Of a DNA stretch of 43,417 nucleotides, positions 13,539-25,966 are shown in pieces. Position numbers and translations under genes: made by a program. The DNA is from Proteromonas lacertae (lineage: Eukaryota): NCBI GenBank assembly GCA_002245135.1, contig NGBS01000926.1, forward strand, positions 1 through 43,417, read 5' to 3'. Every line of letters starts with the position of its first letter. Position 1 is the first letter of the stretch. Below the pieces are notes generated by a model. The model saw only the letters and a program-made list of their open reading frames with translations. It did no database searches and had not been told where the DNA came from.

Positions 13539-15361
13539 CTAAGTTTCAGAACACTTTTCATTATTTAAATTAGCTAATGCATTATTATAGTTTGGCATAT
13601 GATAATATCCACAGTATTGATCATATTTATAACGATTATCATTTTCAACATATTTTGATATTATGTTAATTATTCTTTTGGAGATTGTTTTCAAATAAAG
13701 AATACTGAAATGGTTTGTATCAGAATATATTGGTATATTATTAAAATAGTAATAACATTTATTATTAATTATTATTCTTTCATCCCAAAATGTTGCTATA
13801 TCTATTTTGTTGCTATTTGGTTTTATTAATTTCTTAACTAAAATGCATGTTTTATTTACTTCTCCATAACAATTGTTTTTATTGTGTATGGTACATGAAT
13901 TTGGATCATTTGTTTGCCTGGGATTATCATTACTAAGTAATATTTTTTGCATATATTTAGTACTTTATAAGACATGCCATACATACCAAAAACCGTTATA
14001 TTTGTCAAAATGACATTTCCAATTATACAAAGACTGAATGAATATTTGTTAAAATAATTCTTAATATAATTATTCAATAGTCTATTATTATATGAATATG
14101 CATTTACAAATAAATTAACTAAATGATAGTTGTATCTATATTTACTATTAAATATGGCAATTATATATTGTTGAATATGAGAATCGCCAATAAAAAGTAT
14201 AGATGATTTAAAAACTGTTGATTTATCATTCAAGCAGCAATAATTCCTTTGATTCATCTTAAATTCCCTTAACAATTCTGGAGAAGTATAATGTTTTATT
14301 TTTATTAATCTACTACTCGCTATTCTATTAAGATTAATGATTAATATATATAATAATAGTATTAATAAGGAAGAAATTAAAAATGTAATTAAATTTGAAA
14401 AAATAAATGGTCCTTTATAAAATGGAATTTCAATATAGTTATGAGATAAAGCAACTGATAATATTAATAATAAATAAAACACTGATTCATGCTTTATAAT
14501 AATACTTTTGATAGGAAAATGAATAAGGTAAATAGAATAAGAATAATTACCAATGATACAAATTAGTGTATTAGTGATAATACTATATTTATTAAAACAA
14601 TATAGTATATATACACTTAATATTACAGGAACTATAGCATTATAGCTAGGATAAATCATTTTATCACCATAATATACTGACATTAAGACAATTAAAACAA
14701 CTGATACATTTGAATTAAATAATGCATTGCATGTTTCATTTTTAGGCATATATCTAACTAATGCACCAAATACAAATTCCCAAGAACGACTTGACAGAAA
14801 ATAGTAGCCTTTATTTTTATTATCAATCCCATAATATATACAAATAATGAATGAAAAAATTGATATAAATAAGTATAATTTTATTAAAGAATTGTATAAT
14901 AGCCAAACAAAAATTGGTATTATTACATAAAATTGTTCTTCTAAAGATAGTGACCAATAATGCAATAGAGGACTTTCTTTTAGTCCTGAATGAAAATAGT
15001 CCACCTTATTAAAATAAAAATTATAATTAGCATATATAAATAGACATGCAATTGCATCTTTTTTATATACAGAAAAGTAGGTATAATCATATCTACTTAT
15101 ATATATAGTAACTACAAATATTGTCAATAGAGAAGATGGTAATAGTCTTCTTATTCTTGCAGCATAGAAAGCTATATAAAATAGATTCTTCTCATTATTT
15201 ATTCTATTTTCAATTGAATGACAAACTAAGAAACCAGATATTACAAAAAATATATCTACTCCTATAAATCCTCCTGATATTATCTGAGGATATAAATGAT
15301 AGAATAAAACAAGCAAAACAGCAATACCTCTTAATCCTTGAATATCGCTTCTATTTTGCAT
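13539..15361 (-). CDS. Acyltransferase-3 + SGNH (OafA/OatA-like) gene A, full length; poly-A frameshift near 13945
   Basis: RSDIQGLRGIAV, GVDIFFVISGF, RIRRLLP, LHYWSLSLEEQFY, SRSWEF, IGDSH, SDTNH. The left copy is in frame at the site where this copy is broken. Confidence 0.9.
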
Positions 15362-15608
15362 TTAATATAATATTTTAATTTCAATAGATTACTTAACAAT
15401 TCTTTTTTAATATGAGATAAAAGACTTAAGGATAAATATATTAAATCCACTTATTTACTATGTTGTTAATTTATTGAGAAACTACTTGCCATCATTAGTT
15501 TATGGCATTTGTATGAATCAGAGTATAAAGTCATTCCAAAAATTATATTTATTTAGATAAGTTGAATATTGTTAATGTTTTTATCAATGTTCAATAATTA
15601 CAAATTCT

Positions 15609-16642
15609 TTAAATGAAGATGCAAATATCATGGTAATTGCAATTGTTATTCATGTAATATGCTACTTTACTAAATGCACTGTTTTTGGTTAATATCAAAT
15701 AGCTTGATTTACTCAACATATACATTTCAAATAAACATTCTGTTGAATCATCATTAAGGGTATTAAAATACCAATTATTTGAATGTTTAATTTTCTTAGA
15801 TGAAAGAATATTTCTAACAATTATTAATTTCTTATTCTTTGTATTTGTAATATATGATGAGTCTGATGATAATATTATATGTTTAATGTTAAATTTTATA
15901 ATCATATTTCTAACTGTATAATTAAAATTTGATAAAGTAGTCATATTACTAAAATATGTTGCTTTTTCCTCTTGAAAATCACCATATTTTCCTAACCTTA
16001 TATGAACCCCTATTGTTTTACCTTTGTAAGTATTAATGAATTTATATAAAGAAAACTGTTTAAATTTGTTCAACACTCGTTGTGAAAAATAAATTAAATT
16101 TCTAAAAAAGTGATTAAAAAATACAGAGATATTTGTATTTTTATATCCAATAAGATGCAATAATTTATTCTTATTTCTTTTATTCACATATAATAATAAA
16201 TCTCCAGGATCTATTATTAATAGACTTTGTTGTTTTGTTTCAATAATACTATCAATCAACAAACTCTTTTTACATGACTTATTCAATTTATATATTTTTG
16301 CATAAGATGAAATTGATGTATTGTATGATATTATATATGGATAAATTAACTTGAAATAATCAGTAAAAGACGTCCATTTATATACTATTTATATGTATAA
16401 ATATAATAAATTTGTTTACTTTTTAAGTGTTGTTTTTTAATTATACATATTCCAACAACAGATGCAATTCCTATTAATTTTGTAAATAAACCTGTTATGC
16501 TATTCGGATAGTAAGAAACATTAAATTCTATATTACTATTATAGTTTAATATCTTACTAAACACAAATGTATTAATATTTAGAGATATAAATAATAGAAA
16601 AAAGTATGATAATAAAGTTAAAAAATATACTTTTAATTTCAT
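15609..16642 (-). CDS. Putative fucosyltransferase-like GT-B glycosyltransferase (intron 16385-16419)
   Basis: N-terminal TM anchor, IGVHIRLG, ILSSDS, EMYMLSKS..S.FS. Removing the intron joins ORFs 16385..16642 and 15609..16286. Confidence 0.75.
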
Positions 16643-16654
16643 GATAGATAAAAT

Positions 16655-17623
16655 ATGATATTCATTATTTCTATGTTATATTTTATATTAATATTCATAC
16701 ATATTTTTTATATCAATCGTAATTCTAATTCAAAACGTATAAGGAGACAATTTGTGAATAGCTATAGAAATAATTTCAAATCAAAAATACTATATTATCC
16801 ATTTATAGGATGTGGTTATGCAAACAAAATGCCAACATTAATTAGTAGTATAATACTATCATTGTTGTCTTTTCACCCTCTTTTTATTGTTAATTGGTAT
16901 CAGCTACTTTATTATTTTCAATTGCCAAGATTATTGTTTATTAGTAGTTACAATTTAACAAATGTTTTAGTATTTAATAGAAATAATTCAACTATTCTAA
17001 ACATGCTAAAAAAAAATGCAACTATGAAAATATACACCTATCATAGTTTTACAAGAGAGATACTTATATATTACAATTTATCTGATGAATTTAAATACAT
17101 TCTAAAGAATAAAGAAAAACAGATAATTACTTTAGAAATATTTATTGAGAAAGTATTTTTAATTCCAACAGAATACATATCTAAATATATTAATAAATTT
17201 TGGTTTTATAAAGGAAGACTAACTGTAATAGGTATTCATATAAGAACAGGTTATTTATCTGATTTTGGAGAAAAAGATTCTAGATTTTTTAGTAATTCTA
17301 GTATATCTTCTTATATTGTTGCTATAAATAATGTTATTAATAATTATAAACATTGTAAATTATATATTGTTTCTGATTCTTCATTAATTAAGAATTATTT
17401 CATTACGAAATACAAACAATATTATTTCAATTTTTCTATTCCAGGTAAAATATGTCATGCAAGAAATGCACTTCATGGCAAATTAAATAAAAACGATTGT
17501 GCAGTTAAACTAATATCTGAAAACTATATTTTATCAGAATGTAAAATTATTATAGGATGCAGTAAAAGTACTTATTTTGGAATGGCATGTAAAAGAAACA
17601 AAGCAAAATGCATTTCTATTTGA
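16655..17623 (+). CDS. Putative fucosyltransferase-like glycosyltransferase
   Basis: TM anchor, GCGYAN, IGIHIRTG, YIVSDS, ENYILSEC..STYF. Confidence 0.8.
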   Translation: MIFIISMLYFILIFIHIFYINRNSNSKRIRRQFVNSYRNNFKSKILYYPFIGCGYANKMPTLISSIILSLLSFHPLFIVNWYQLLYYFQLPRLLFISSYNLTNVLVFNRNNSTILNMLKKNATMKIYTYHSFTREILIYYNLSDEFKYILKNKEKQIITLEIFIEKVFLIPTEYISKYINKFWFYKGRLTVIGIHIRTGYLSDFGEKDSRFFSNSSISSYIVAINNVINNYKHCKLYIVSDSSLIKNYFITKYKQYYFNFSIPGKICHARNALHGKLNKNDCAVKLISENYILSECKIIIGCSKSTYFGMACKRNKAKCISI

Positions 17624-17641
17624 ATATTTCTTTTTAATTAT

Positions 17642-18690
17642 ATGTTTAATAAGATAATCTTATGTATATTGTTTATTTTTATAATTATATTTTATAATGT
17701 TATAAATATAATAAGAAGGGATAATTATATACAACTAATTCAATGGCAAAATGAAATTACAAAGAAATTTTATCAAAATAAATACAGATATGGATTTATT
17801 GATAGAATACGTTTAAATGTATATCATATATATAAAATTTAGGGATTGGGAAATTCACTACTTCAAGTAGTAAGTTCTCTATTTGTATCTATACTATCAA
17901 ATCGTGGTTATATTAGTATATATAATTCAATTATATTGCAGTAATATGGAGAGATATAGATATTTATTTTTCGTTTCCTATTTATATTTATAACATATCT
18001 CAAATAGATATAACTAATATAACTCTATATTCTAATGGAGTAAACGCCCTAAAAGATATATCATCCATTATAGGAGCAAATAAACACTGGTATTCTACTG
18101 AGGATATATTATTGTTTGGTAAATATAATTCAATTATTAATGGTTATAGTATCTTTTCTTCACACTATATAAATGTGAAACAAAAAATAAGATATATAAA
18201 TCATATTATAGTGTCAATATATCTTCAACCATCTAAATTAGCTTTAGATCTATATTTATCAACACAAAAATTTCATAATTATTTTTTAACAATTCATTTG
18301 AGAGTTGGTGACGCTGATAAAATGCCATATTCAAAATATCTAAATGAAACAGAAGTTAATAAATGTATAAAAAATGTGAAAAACATAATAAATCAACACA
18401 ACAATAGAATAAGTATAGCAGTTGTATCAGATTCACCAAAAGTAAAAAAATTACTCAAAAAAGAGATTCCAACTGTTTATGTTGATAGTAATAAACCATG
18501 TCATTCAAAAAATAAAGATTGTGTATTATATGCATTAGTAGATATACTTGTACTAAAATATTCTAAAAATCTTATACTCACTAGAGGAAGCACATTTTCG
18601 TTATTCGGTATGTACGAAAATAACATATGTTTAAATAATTATTCGGTTACATTTATTGGCCATGATTATGAACACAGTAATTACTATTAA
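17642..18690 (+). CDS. Putative fucosyltransferase-like glycosyltransferase (introns 17819-17842 and 17916-17941)
   Basis: Splicing gives an open frame with NGLGN, TIHLRVGD, VVSDS, DILVL..GSTFS. The second intron lies just before I-x-W, as in the 15609-16642 paralog. Confidence 0.75.
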
Positions 18691-19076
18691 TAACAATATT
18701 CTATTAAAAAGGAAAAACTGGGTTTGGAAAAACATTTCATTTTCCTTATTTGTGCCTATGTTGTGTCTTTCATGTAATGCTATACTTTGTAATAAAGCCA
18801 ATGGAATATTTTGTAATAAAAAAAGAAATGGTTGTGTTTTCTTTAACAATTAATAAACTGAATGTGAGTCAAATTTATTAAAAATTCTTCTTTATATAAA
18901 CATAAATATATTCATTATTTCATTACTCTTCTAGAATATATTTGGGAGACATGAAGATAAATACAGAGAAAGAATATTTACGAAAGAATAACAATCGTAA
19001 GGAGAATTAAACTAATAGCAGATATAAAAGCAGCTATGTATTGTGACGGGTCTAGGGTACTAGAAAAAGTAATAGT

Positions 19077-19855
19077 TTAATTTATTAATGAATATATTGC
19101 AGAAGATGTGATAGGATGTATAGCAATTATTGTGGAATTATAAACATCTACCTTTTTTTTTCTAAAGTAGGATAAAGGCAAATAATAATCTAAGTTAAAC
19201 CATTTAATTTTACTAATGTTTTTATATTTCATAATTTGACCATAATATATATCTTCTGTAGGATGAATTGGCCTAACAAATTGTGATTGAATTACAATAT
19301 CTTTTATGAAATTAAGAGAGAATATATAAAATGATCCTGATGGATAAGTTATGTTATGCGCACTTGTTTTATAAGCAATTATATCAAAATTTGGGTCAAT
19401 TAATTTATCTAATTTATAAGGAAATAATAACACATCTAAAATGGATCTAACACACTTTCTCTATAATTAACAATGTTATTTATAGTTTAATGTTAATCTA
19501 TAACTTTAACCTTTATTATTATGGATTCTTGTAAAATACCTTTAAATGATTTCTAATTAATTGTTCCAAAATCTATTTCATTTGATTGAGATAACACATA
19601 AGCATAGATATTCTTGGTATTATATCAAAATCCTGAATAATTTTACACCATATTTTGTTCAAAAGGTGAGTTGTCTATAATTTAACATCTCAATAACAAT
19701 AAAACCATTTATAATGATAAATTAAATTCTAATCCATATTTATAGATAAAAGAAATTGGACTGTCTTTCTTATTTCTAATTTTCATATACAAATTATCAG
19801 CTTAAATACTATTTTATTTCTTTCTATATAGTATAATAATTAATGTTTGAAACAT
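19077..19855 (-). pseudogene. Decayed GT31 (beta-1,3-galactosyltransferase-like) gene
   Basis: C-terminal ORF 19077..19433 has YPSGSFYIFS, EDIYYG and IAIHP. The upstream region has no continuous frame, so the 5' limit is uncertain. Confidence 0.55.
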
Positions 19856-19909
19856 AATAAATATATAAAGGAATTATTTGTAGAAGAGAAATATATATTA
19901 GTAAATTAG

Positions 19910-21765
19910 TTGATGATTGTTTTACTATATTATGTCGATGTTTAAGTTCAGAACATATTGTTCAAATATTCAGATTTCTATTACTTCAACAAAAGATATT
20001 ATTTTATAGTAATCATGTTGATAAATTGACAATGTGTACTGAAGCTTTAATATCATTGTTATTTCCATTTCAATGGGTTTTATCGTATGTTCCATTATTG
20101 CCATTAGATTTAACTGAATGTTTAGATGTATTTATTATAATTTTTATTTATAGTCTCCAACTCCATATGTGATGGGCATTTCAACACAAGCATTAGATTA
20201 TACCAAAGAAATCGACGATAGAGTTATTTTAGTTCATTTAGATATGGATGAAGTAAATATCCCAAAAGAATTAATGAAAAAACAACCAGACTTTCCATCA
20301 TCATTATCCAAGAAATTACTTAATTCATTAAAATCAATTGTTCCAAAACCAGCTGTAAAAATAGTACATGAATCAGAAGATGGTAAATATTTAGTATATG
20401 ATGTAACCTTTGGTCCAGGTCCATTAGGAACAGAATTAACCAACGATATGGGAATATTAGATGAAGGAGATACTGAAGAAAAGAACTTATTAGTTGTGAA
20501 AGGATTTAGAAGAGTGGATGAAGGTCAAATGAGTCAAGGTGAGAAGTGTGGTTGTATAAGAGTTGGAAGTATTGTAATTGGATTAAATAGTATTTTAAAT
20601 ATTATATTATTTATATATATATATAGATAAAAGTGTTATTGAAAAACCACTTTCAATATGGAATAAAACTAAAGAAAATATTCTCCAAATTATCAATGGA
20701 TAGTCCATTAGAAGAAAATCCAATATTAAAAAGAAAGAATTCTATCGTTAAAGAAGATTCAAAGAAATTTAGTGAAAATATAGAAGGTAATAATTGGGTA
20801 GAAGAAATGAGATTTACATGTGTTGATTTTATAGCTAATTTATTAGGAAATTACCGAAAGTTTATACTTCCAGAAGTGGATGATTCTGCTTCACCATTTG
20901 ATACAAAAGCATATTTAAGTTCATTGTCACATAGCGCAAAGAGTTTTATGAAAGTATTTTGTGAAACTCAAATGTTTTCTTGTTTTATTTCTGACCATTT
21001 GAATTGTGATGAAAGTGTAAAGAAGAGATATCAACAAAGTCTATCTCGTAGATTTTGGAATTTGAATGAATTTAAAGTGGAAGATATAAAGATTAAAGAT
21101 ATTGAGAATATCTATTCAACAGAAGATATTTCAAGACCAACTGGTGTATTTCCAAGATTTAATTACAAGTTATTCCAATGTATTACTTCAAGCAAGTTTG
21201 TTGAAAATGAATTTGTTTCTATAAGAAGACCAAGGCAAGTTTCAAGAAGTATATAATATTAATCATTTTTATTATATTTATATTTTGATTAGCATTTGCA
21301 AATGATTTAATGATTGGCGATTCACATAGCCATATGATTCTATCTCCTTCTAATATTGGTAAAACAACAAAAGAAGTTAGTAGAAGACATGTAAAAGATC
21401 CAAATTCAAATATGACTTTTAACAAGTTTAAATCTCTTTTCTCTAAAGATTCATCATCATCATCATCATCAAATCCAACACCAAAAATCACATCTTCTCC
21501 AAGAGGAAGACATACATTGAAATCTGAAGCAGCAATTAAATCAAAAGATAGTGTAAGTGAAAAAGAGAAAATTGATAATAAAAACAATGAAATAAATGAA
21601 GATGCATTTCCTCCTCCACCTCCTACTAATAATAATTCTCTTCATTCTGATAATAATAATCCACCATCTAGTTTACCACCAAATATACCACATCCGCCAC
21701 CTATATTACAAGTTGGACCATCAGAAAAGAAATCTTTTTTTAAAGGTTTATTTAAAAAGAAATAG
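19910..21765 (+). CDS. DENN-domain protein (Rab GEF family) with a PDZ-like insert and proline-rich tail; introns 20128-20153, 20590-20626, 21249-21292; 5' end not identified
   Basis: LLLQQKILFYS, LLFPFQW..YVPLLP, SPTPYVMG (core DENN); LLGNYRKFI, FCETQMFSCFI (dDENN); VTFGPGPLG (PDZ-like). Possible frameshift near 20650-20700. Confidence 0.8.
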
Positions 21766-21856
21766 AATGTAGATAATTATTACATAATATATAAATATAT
21801 AGGAATTTTGTAATTGTTATTTTGAAAGATATGTACTCATAATATGATAGTGTCAT

Positions 21857-23245
21857 ATAATAATGAAAGAAAGGGGGCCAGAGCATAGTGTGCTCTAGCC
21901 CCCTATGGTTTTTTGATTCAAAAAAATAGCCGTTTTTATGTGTACTCTGTCCCCATATTGTTTTTTCATCATTAGAAACATAATTAGACCAGGGTTGTAT
22001 TTATCGGTTACTGACGGAGATAGGTCAAAACCTATAGGTTTTGCCTTAACCGTCGGTCAGTCAAGCCTTACAAGCCGAATATTATAAAATCTATTTTAAT
22101 TCATTATATACTAATTTTCCCTTCATAAAAACTATCTTATAATATATTTTAATACTTGATTCATATATTTTCAATTCAATTAAATAATTTTTAACTTTTT
22201 ATAAAGAATTACACTTTAATACTCAACAATAATTAGGTATTTTATATAATTATGTTTTTATTTATTTCTACTAATCATCAGTTTCATTTGTAATCTATCA
22301 CATGATAAATTTGATTTGGATAAGTTACTTATTTGTCCAGTATGTTTAAACTGTTCTTGGCAAGTATGTATACCCTAGGAAACTTGGACTTTAATGATAG
22401 CCAGATATTTCCAATGGTTTCAGAGGTGCTGTAATGAATATCATATTGCAAATATTCTTGTACTTCATTTGGCATAATTAATCTCTTTCTTTTTACTGCA
22501 AATGCATTTATCAAGGCTTTTTATCTTTAACATATTATACCAAAAGGTTATGTAAAAGTTAAAATTAAGATGTTCAAGCTTATTTGCCTCTTTTAAGGCA
22601 ATAACTTCACGAGCCGCTCCAATTGGTAAAACTATACTCCTAGAATATATAATGATAGATTATATTAGATACATTTATGATAATTTTAAGAAATGATTAA
22701 TGTCAAGCTAAAAGTTTGCCATTTTTTCTTTCAAATTTTTATAATCATTCTATACTTTATATTACATATATAACACAATAGAATAACTCATTGGTAAGGC
22801 TAGATTCAATTATGAAGAAAGAAAAAAGCGCATCGACCGACTGTTAATTCGGTATTTTATAGAATGATATATAGAGCTTGAATTCAATATGTACAGTTAG
22901 ATAATATTATTAATATCACATGTTAAGTCGGTCAACATTTGTTTATTGACCTACGATCGATCAGTTTTCTCAGTCGGTCATGACCGATTTATACAACCCT
23001 GAATTAGACAATAATAAATATCTCATTCGATTTCTCTATTTATGCTGGGCTCATATATGCCCTTAGTTTGACTTTCTGATCATAATCGAAATCTATTTTT
23101 CTTAAAAAAATTCAAAAAACAATGATAGATAGGATGGCCACCATACTGTGTGATATGACACCATATGGTGACCATCCTATGTAATAAAAAACAAAACAAA
23201 AAAAATGGAGTTCAAGTCAAATCTCGAAACGCATCTATTTTTCTA
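21857..23245 (+). repeat. Left terminal inverted repeat of the viral element, interrupted by a hAT element
   Basis: 21857-21874 matches rc 42203-42220; 23129-23245 closely matches rc 41860-41976. Confidence 0.8.
21990..23001 (-). mobile_element. Non-autonomous hAT element with a perfect 8-bp TSD
   Basis: TIRs CAGGGTTGTAT / ATACAACCCTG; TSD AATTAGAC at 21982-21989 and 23002-23009. ORF 22329..22514 (EVQEYL..W..KFPRVYILAK) resembles the hAT dimerisation domain. Confidence 0.92.
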
Positions 23246-23356
23246 TTATTGATATTTCTTGTAAGACTTGTTATAATGCTAATTAATTATGTAAATTATG
23301 AAAACAACACTCCCACACAAACACAATCTATCATTTGAACCAATTAGGACCAGAGA

Positions 23357-23573
23357 TTAATAATCATTTTGGTACTCTGGCTCCTCATTATCATCATCAT
23401 CTACTATATATTGTGAGAAGTTATCATCATCATCTTCCTCTGTAGTACTATCTTCTTGTTTTTGGTTTTTGGTTGAAATGTTTTTTTGATTTATTTTCTT
23501 TCTTTTGAATCTTGGAGTTTTAGATGTACTGCACTTTCTTTTTGTGGATAACACCTTTAACAACTTGTTGTTG

Positions 23574-23609
<36 letters not shown>

Positions 23610-24199
23610 TTATCAAACAACGATGCTACAGAGACTTTACTACTTACCATACTTTCAGCAGTACTTCTGTAAACTATATCTCCTTTCGAATTCTTGTTTT
23701 CTTCTTTTTCGCATTTTGCTAAATCGTTGTCACCGAAATGTATGATATACATACAAGTCAGTTCCACCATGTCCTCCATTGCATGGTCAAGCATACGATC
23801 ATACTATTGATTCAAAATTGAAATATATATTAATTGGATATACGATGCTTTTGTCCAGATCCTCTTTATACATGATATTACATAGCAGGACAGACATCAA
23901 CACTCTGGACATTTTTAATCTTTCATGACGATCATCAATCTTTTCAATTTCTGTGAATCTTTGTACCATGTAGTGAAACGCCTTATACTGAAGTTACCAT
24001 TCCAGCTATAGACATATAATAATATATTATACCTATATCGTTGCAAATCTTTCTCATGTTCTACAATCGTCTTAAAATTCTCACATAAAATTTTATATAT
24101 GCTCGGATTTGGATCATTAATGAAACTATTTTTGTATAGCAACTTCCAGTTGCTCATAATAAGTGAATTGAAAGGGAAATAACGTTGAACAATGAACAA
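23357..24199 (-). pseudogene. Left terminal viral gene of unknown function (introns 24006-24032 and 23804-23843; in-frame stops); paralog of 40919-41590
   Basis: The spliced product contains KDLQRY, DKSI|YDRMLD, FGDNDL and an acidic/basic tail. Confidence 0.65.
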
Positions 24200-24320
24200 A
24201 TGTTATATGTATATATGAAACGGATATATATATTTTTATAAATGTTGTTATAAAGACATATAACTCTATTAATTTAGATAATAATCATAATGAAATGAAT
24301 TTCATTATTACTTTTGTTTT

Positions 24321-25621
24321 TTGTTTTTGGACCATATGTTTAACATTAATAGTTACGATCCACATTTATACAGCTCATATAGCAACCAAAACCCATATCA
24401 TGTCAAACCGTTATCATCAAATGGTAACTTATCACTTGCAACATATATTAACCATGGAGCACCGAATATTACACATCCAACAAGAGAGGCTTCGAATGAA
24501 GACCAAATGTCAAACCAAATTGCCCAATATCGATCACGCTTAGATGAACTATATAAAAAATATTATTACCTTAATGAAAATGAATTTGTCAAAATGACAC
24601 AACATTTGTCTAGTATGAATGATATAGCTCCACCACCAGATGTAGTACGTGAATACTTAAGGAGACAACCTGGAAAACATATTGTTGATTTCAAATATAA
24701 AAAAATAATCCATTCGCTACTATCAAGAAGCCAGGGTACTTCCAAATGGATATTGTGTTTTTCTTACCTGATATGGAACATTTGTATTTTATCGAAATGA
24801 ATTCAAGAAAAGTATGGGCAATATTTATGCCTAATAAATATGGTGATATTACATTGGATGCATTTCAGAAGTGGTATTATGAAACAGATGCCTATGGAAA
24901 CAAAACACATAAAAATGTGGTAAGTATTCTATCAGATGCTGATGCTAGTTTTTCAAATATCAAGAAGTTATGTTATGCTGAAGGAATATCATATTTTCAA
25001 AAAGATGGTTCTGAGCATAAAATAGAATCATTGTTGGATAGATCAGTGAGTGTGATAAAAAGATTGTTGTACAAACACTTGGTGGATTTGGGATATGATG
25101 CACCTACATATATGGCAGATATTGATCACAATGATAAGCATATTATACCAGATATGAATTATAAATTGAAACTCGATAGTATAATACAGGAAGTGATAGA
25201 TGACTATAACAACAAGCCATTACCAGGAATTAAAGGATATACCCCAAATGAGGTATTCCATAGTCCAGAATTACAAAAACAAATATTACAAAAATCAATT
25301 AACTACAACTTAAAGAATTATGAAAAATTGGATCATACTGGTCAAAATTTCGAAGTAGGTGATTTGGTGAGATTCAAAGAGAGAAGACGTAAAATGGATA
25401 AGAACATATACTGGTCAGACAATGTATATAAGATAATCAAGAAAAATCGATATTCATACAATTTAGGTGATATCAATGGGAATGACATTCAAGGTTTTTC
25501 ATTAATTCGATTCAAACACTATGAGTTGCAGTTAGTGAGAAAAGATGATGCACCAACCACATGGTTTAGAAAAATACTGGAGAGACCCAAGAGAAAGAAG
25601 GGAGACAAATCAATATTGTAA
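24321..25621 (+). CDS. Polinton-type rve (retroviral-like) integrase, frameshift near 24740
   Basis: FQMDI (D1), FIEMNSRKVWA, ILSDADASF (D2), LLDRSVSVIKRLL, DDYNN...GYTPNEV, FEVGDLVR SH3-like tail. Confidence 0.85.
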
Positions 25622-25671
25622 CGAATAAATTTTTATTATGTTATATATTGTATATGTTGTTTTTTATTATT

Positions 25672-25860
25672 GGGCATTGGATAGACTAGCTACGATGAGG
25701 GCTGCGTTTCTAATTTATAATTATTTATTTATTTATTAAATTAATTTCACAAGGAATTTATGGAAGTTTAATAATTTCTACTTGGATGTGTTGTTTAATA
25801 TTGCGCCATTGAAATTCGGCTTGAATCATCCTGGCACTGTATATCTAAATGCCCTTTTTT
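25672..25860 (+). ncRNA. Candidate structured Pol III RNA 1 (VA-RNA-like)
   Basis: 5' GGGCATTGGATA pairs with 3' TATCTAAATGCCC, followed by a T run. Inner pairs GATGA/TCATC, GGGCTG/CGGCTT, TTTC/GAAA. No internal TTTT. Confidence 0.45.
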
Positions 25861-25869
25861 TATTTAATT

Positions 25870-25966
25870 GGGATCTGATAGACTGTGCAAGGAAAAAAGA
25901 GTCATGCAGCTGGCTGGCATTAGTGGTTCGATTCCTAGCACAGACTATTAATAATCCCATTTTTTT
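25870..25966 (+). ncRNA. Candidate structured Pol III RNA 2 (VA-RNA-like)
   Basis: GGGAT/ATCCC terminal stem, ATAGACTGTGCAAGG/CCTAGCACAGACTAT stem, perfect B-box GGTTCGATTCC at 25925-25935, T7 terminator. Confidence 0.55.

Larger units (their letters stand above)
8881..14718 (-). repeat. Right arm of the giant inverted repeat
   Basis: Reverse complement of 1-5965 apart from homopolymer and (TA)n length differences, one 120-bp indel and a few substitutions in the innermost ~40 bp. Confidence 0.97.

Noticed and set aside
23524..23745. Poly-His ORF
   Set aside because: It is the antisense of the (GAT)n poly-Asp tract in the left terminal gene.
25870..25966. tRNA gene suggested by GGTTCGATTCC
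   Set aside because: No D arm or anticodon arm; the B-box lies within a long hairpin. Kept as a Pol III ncRNA candidate instead.
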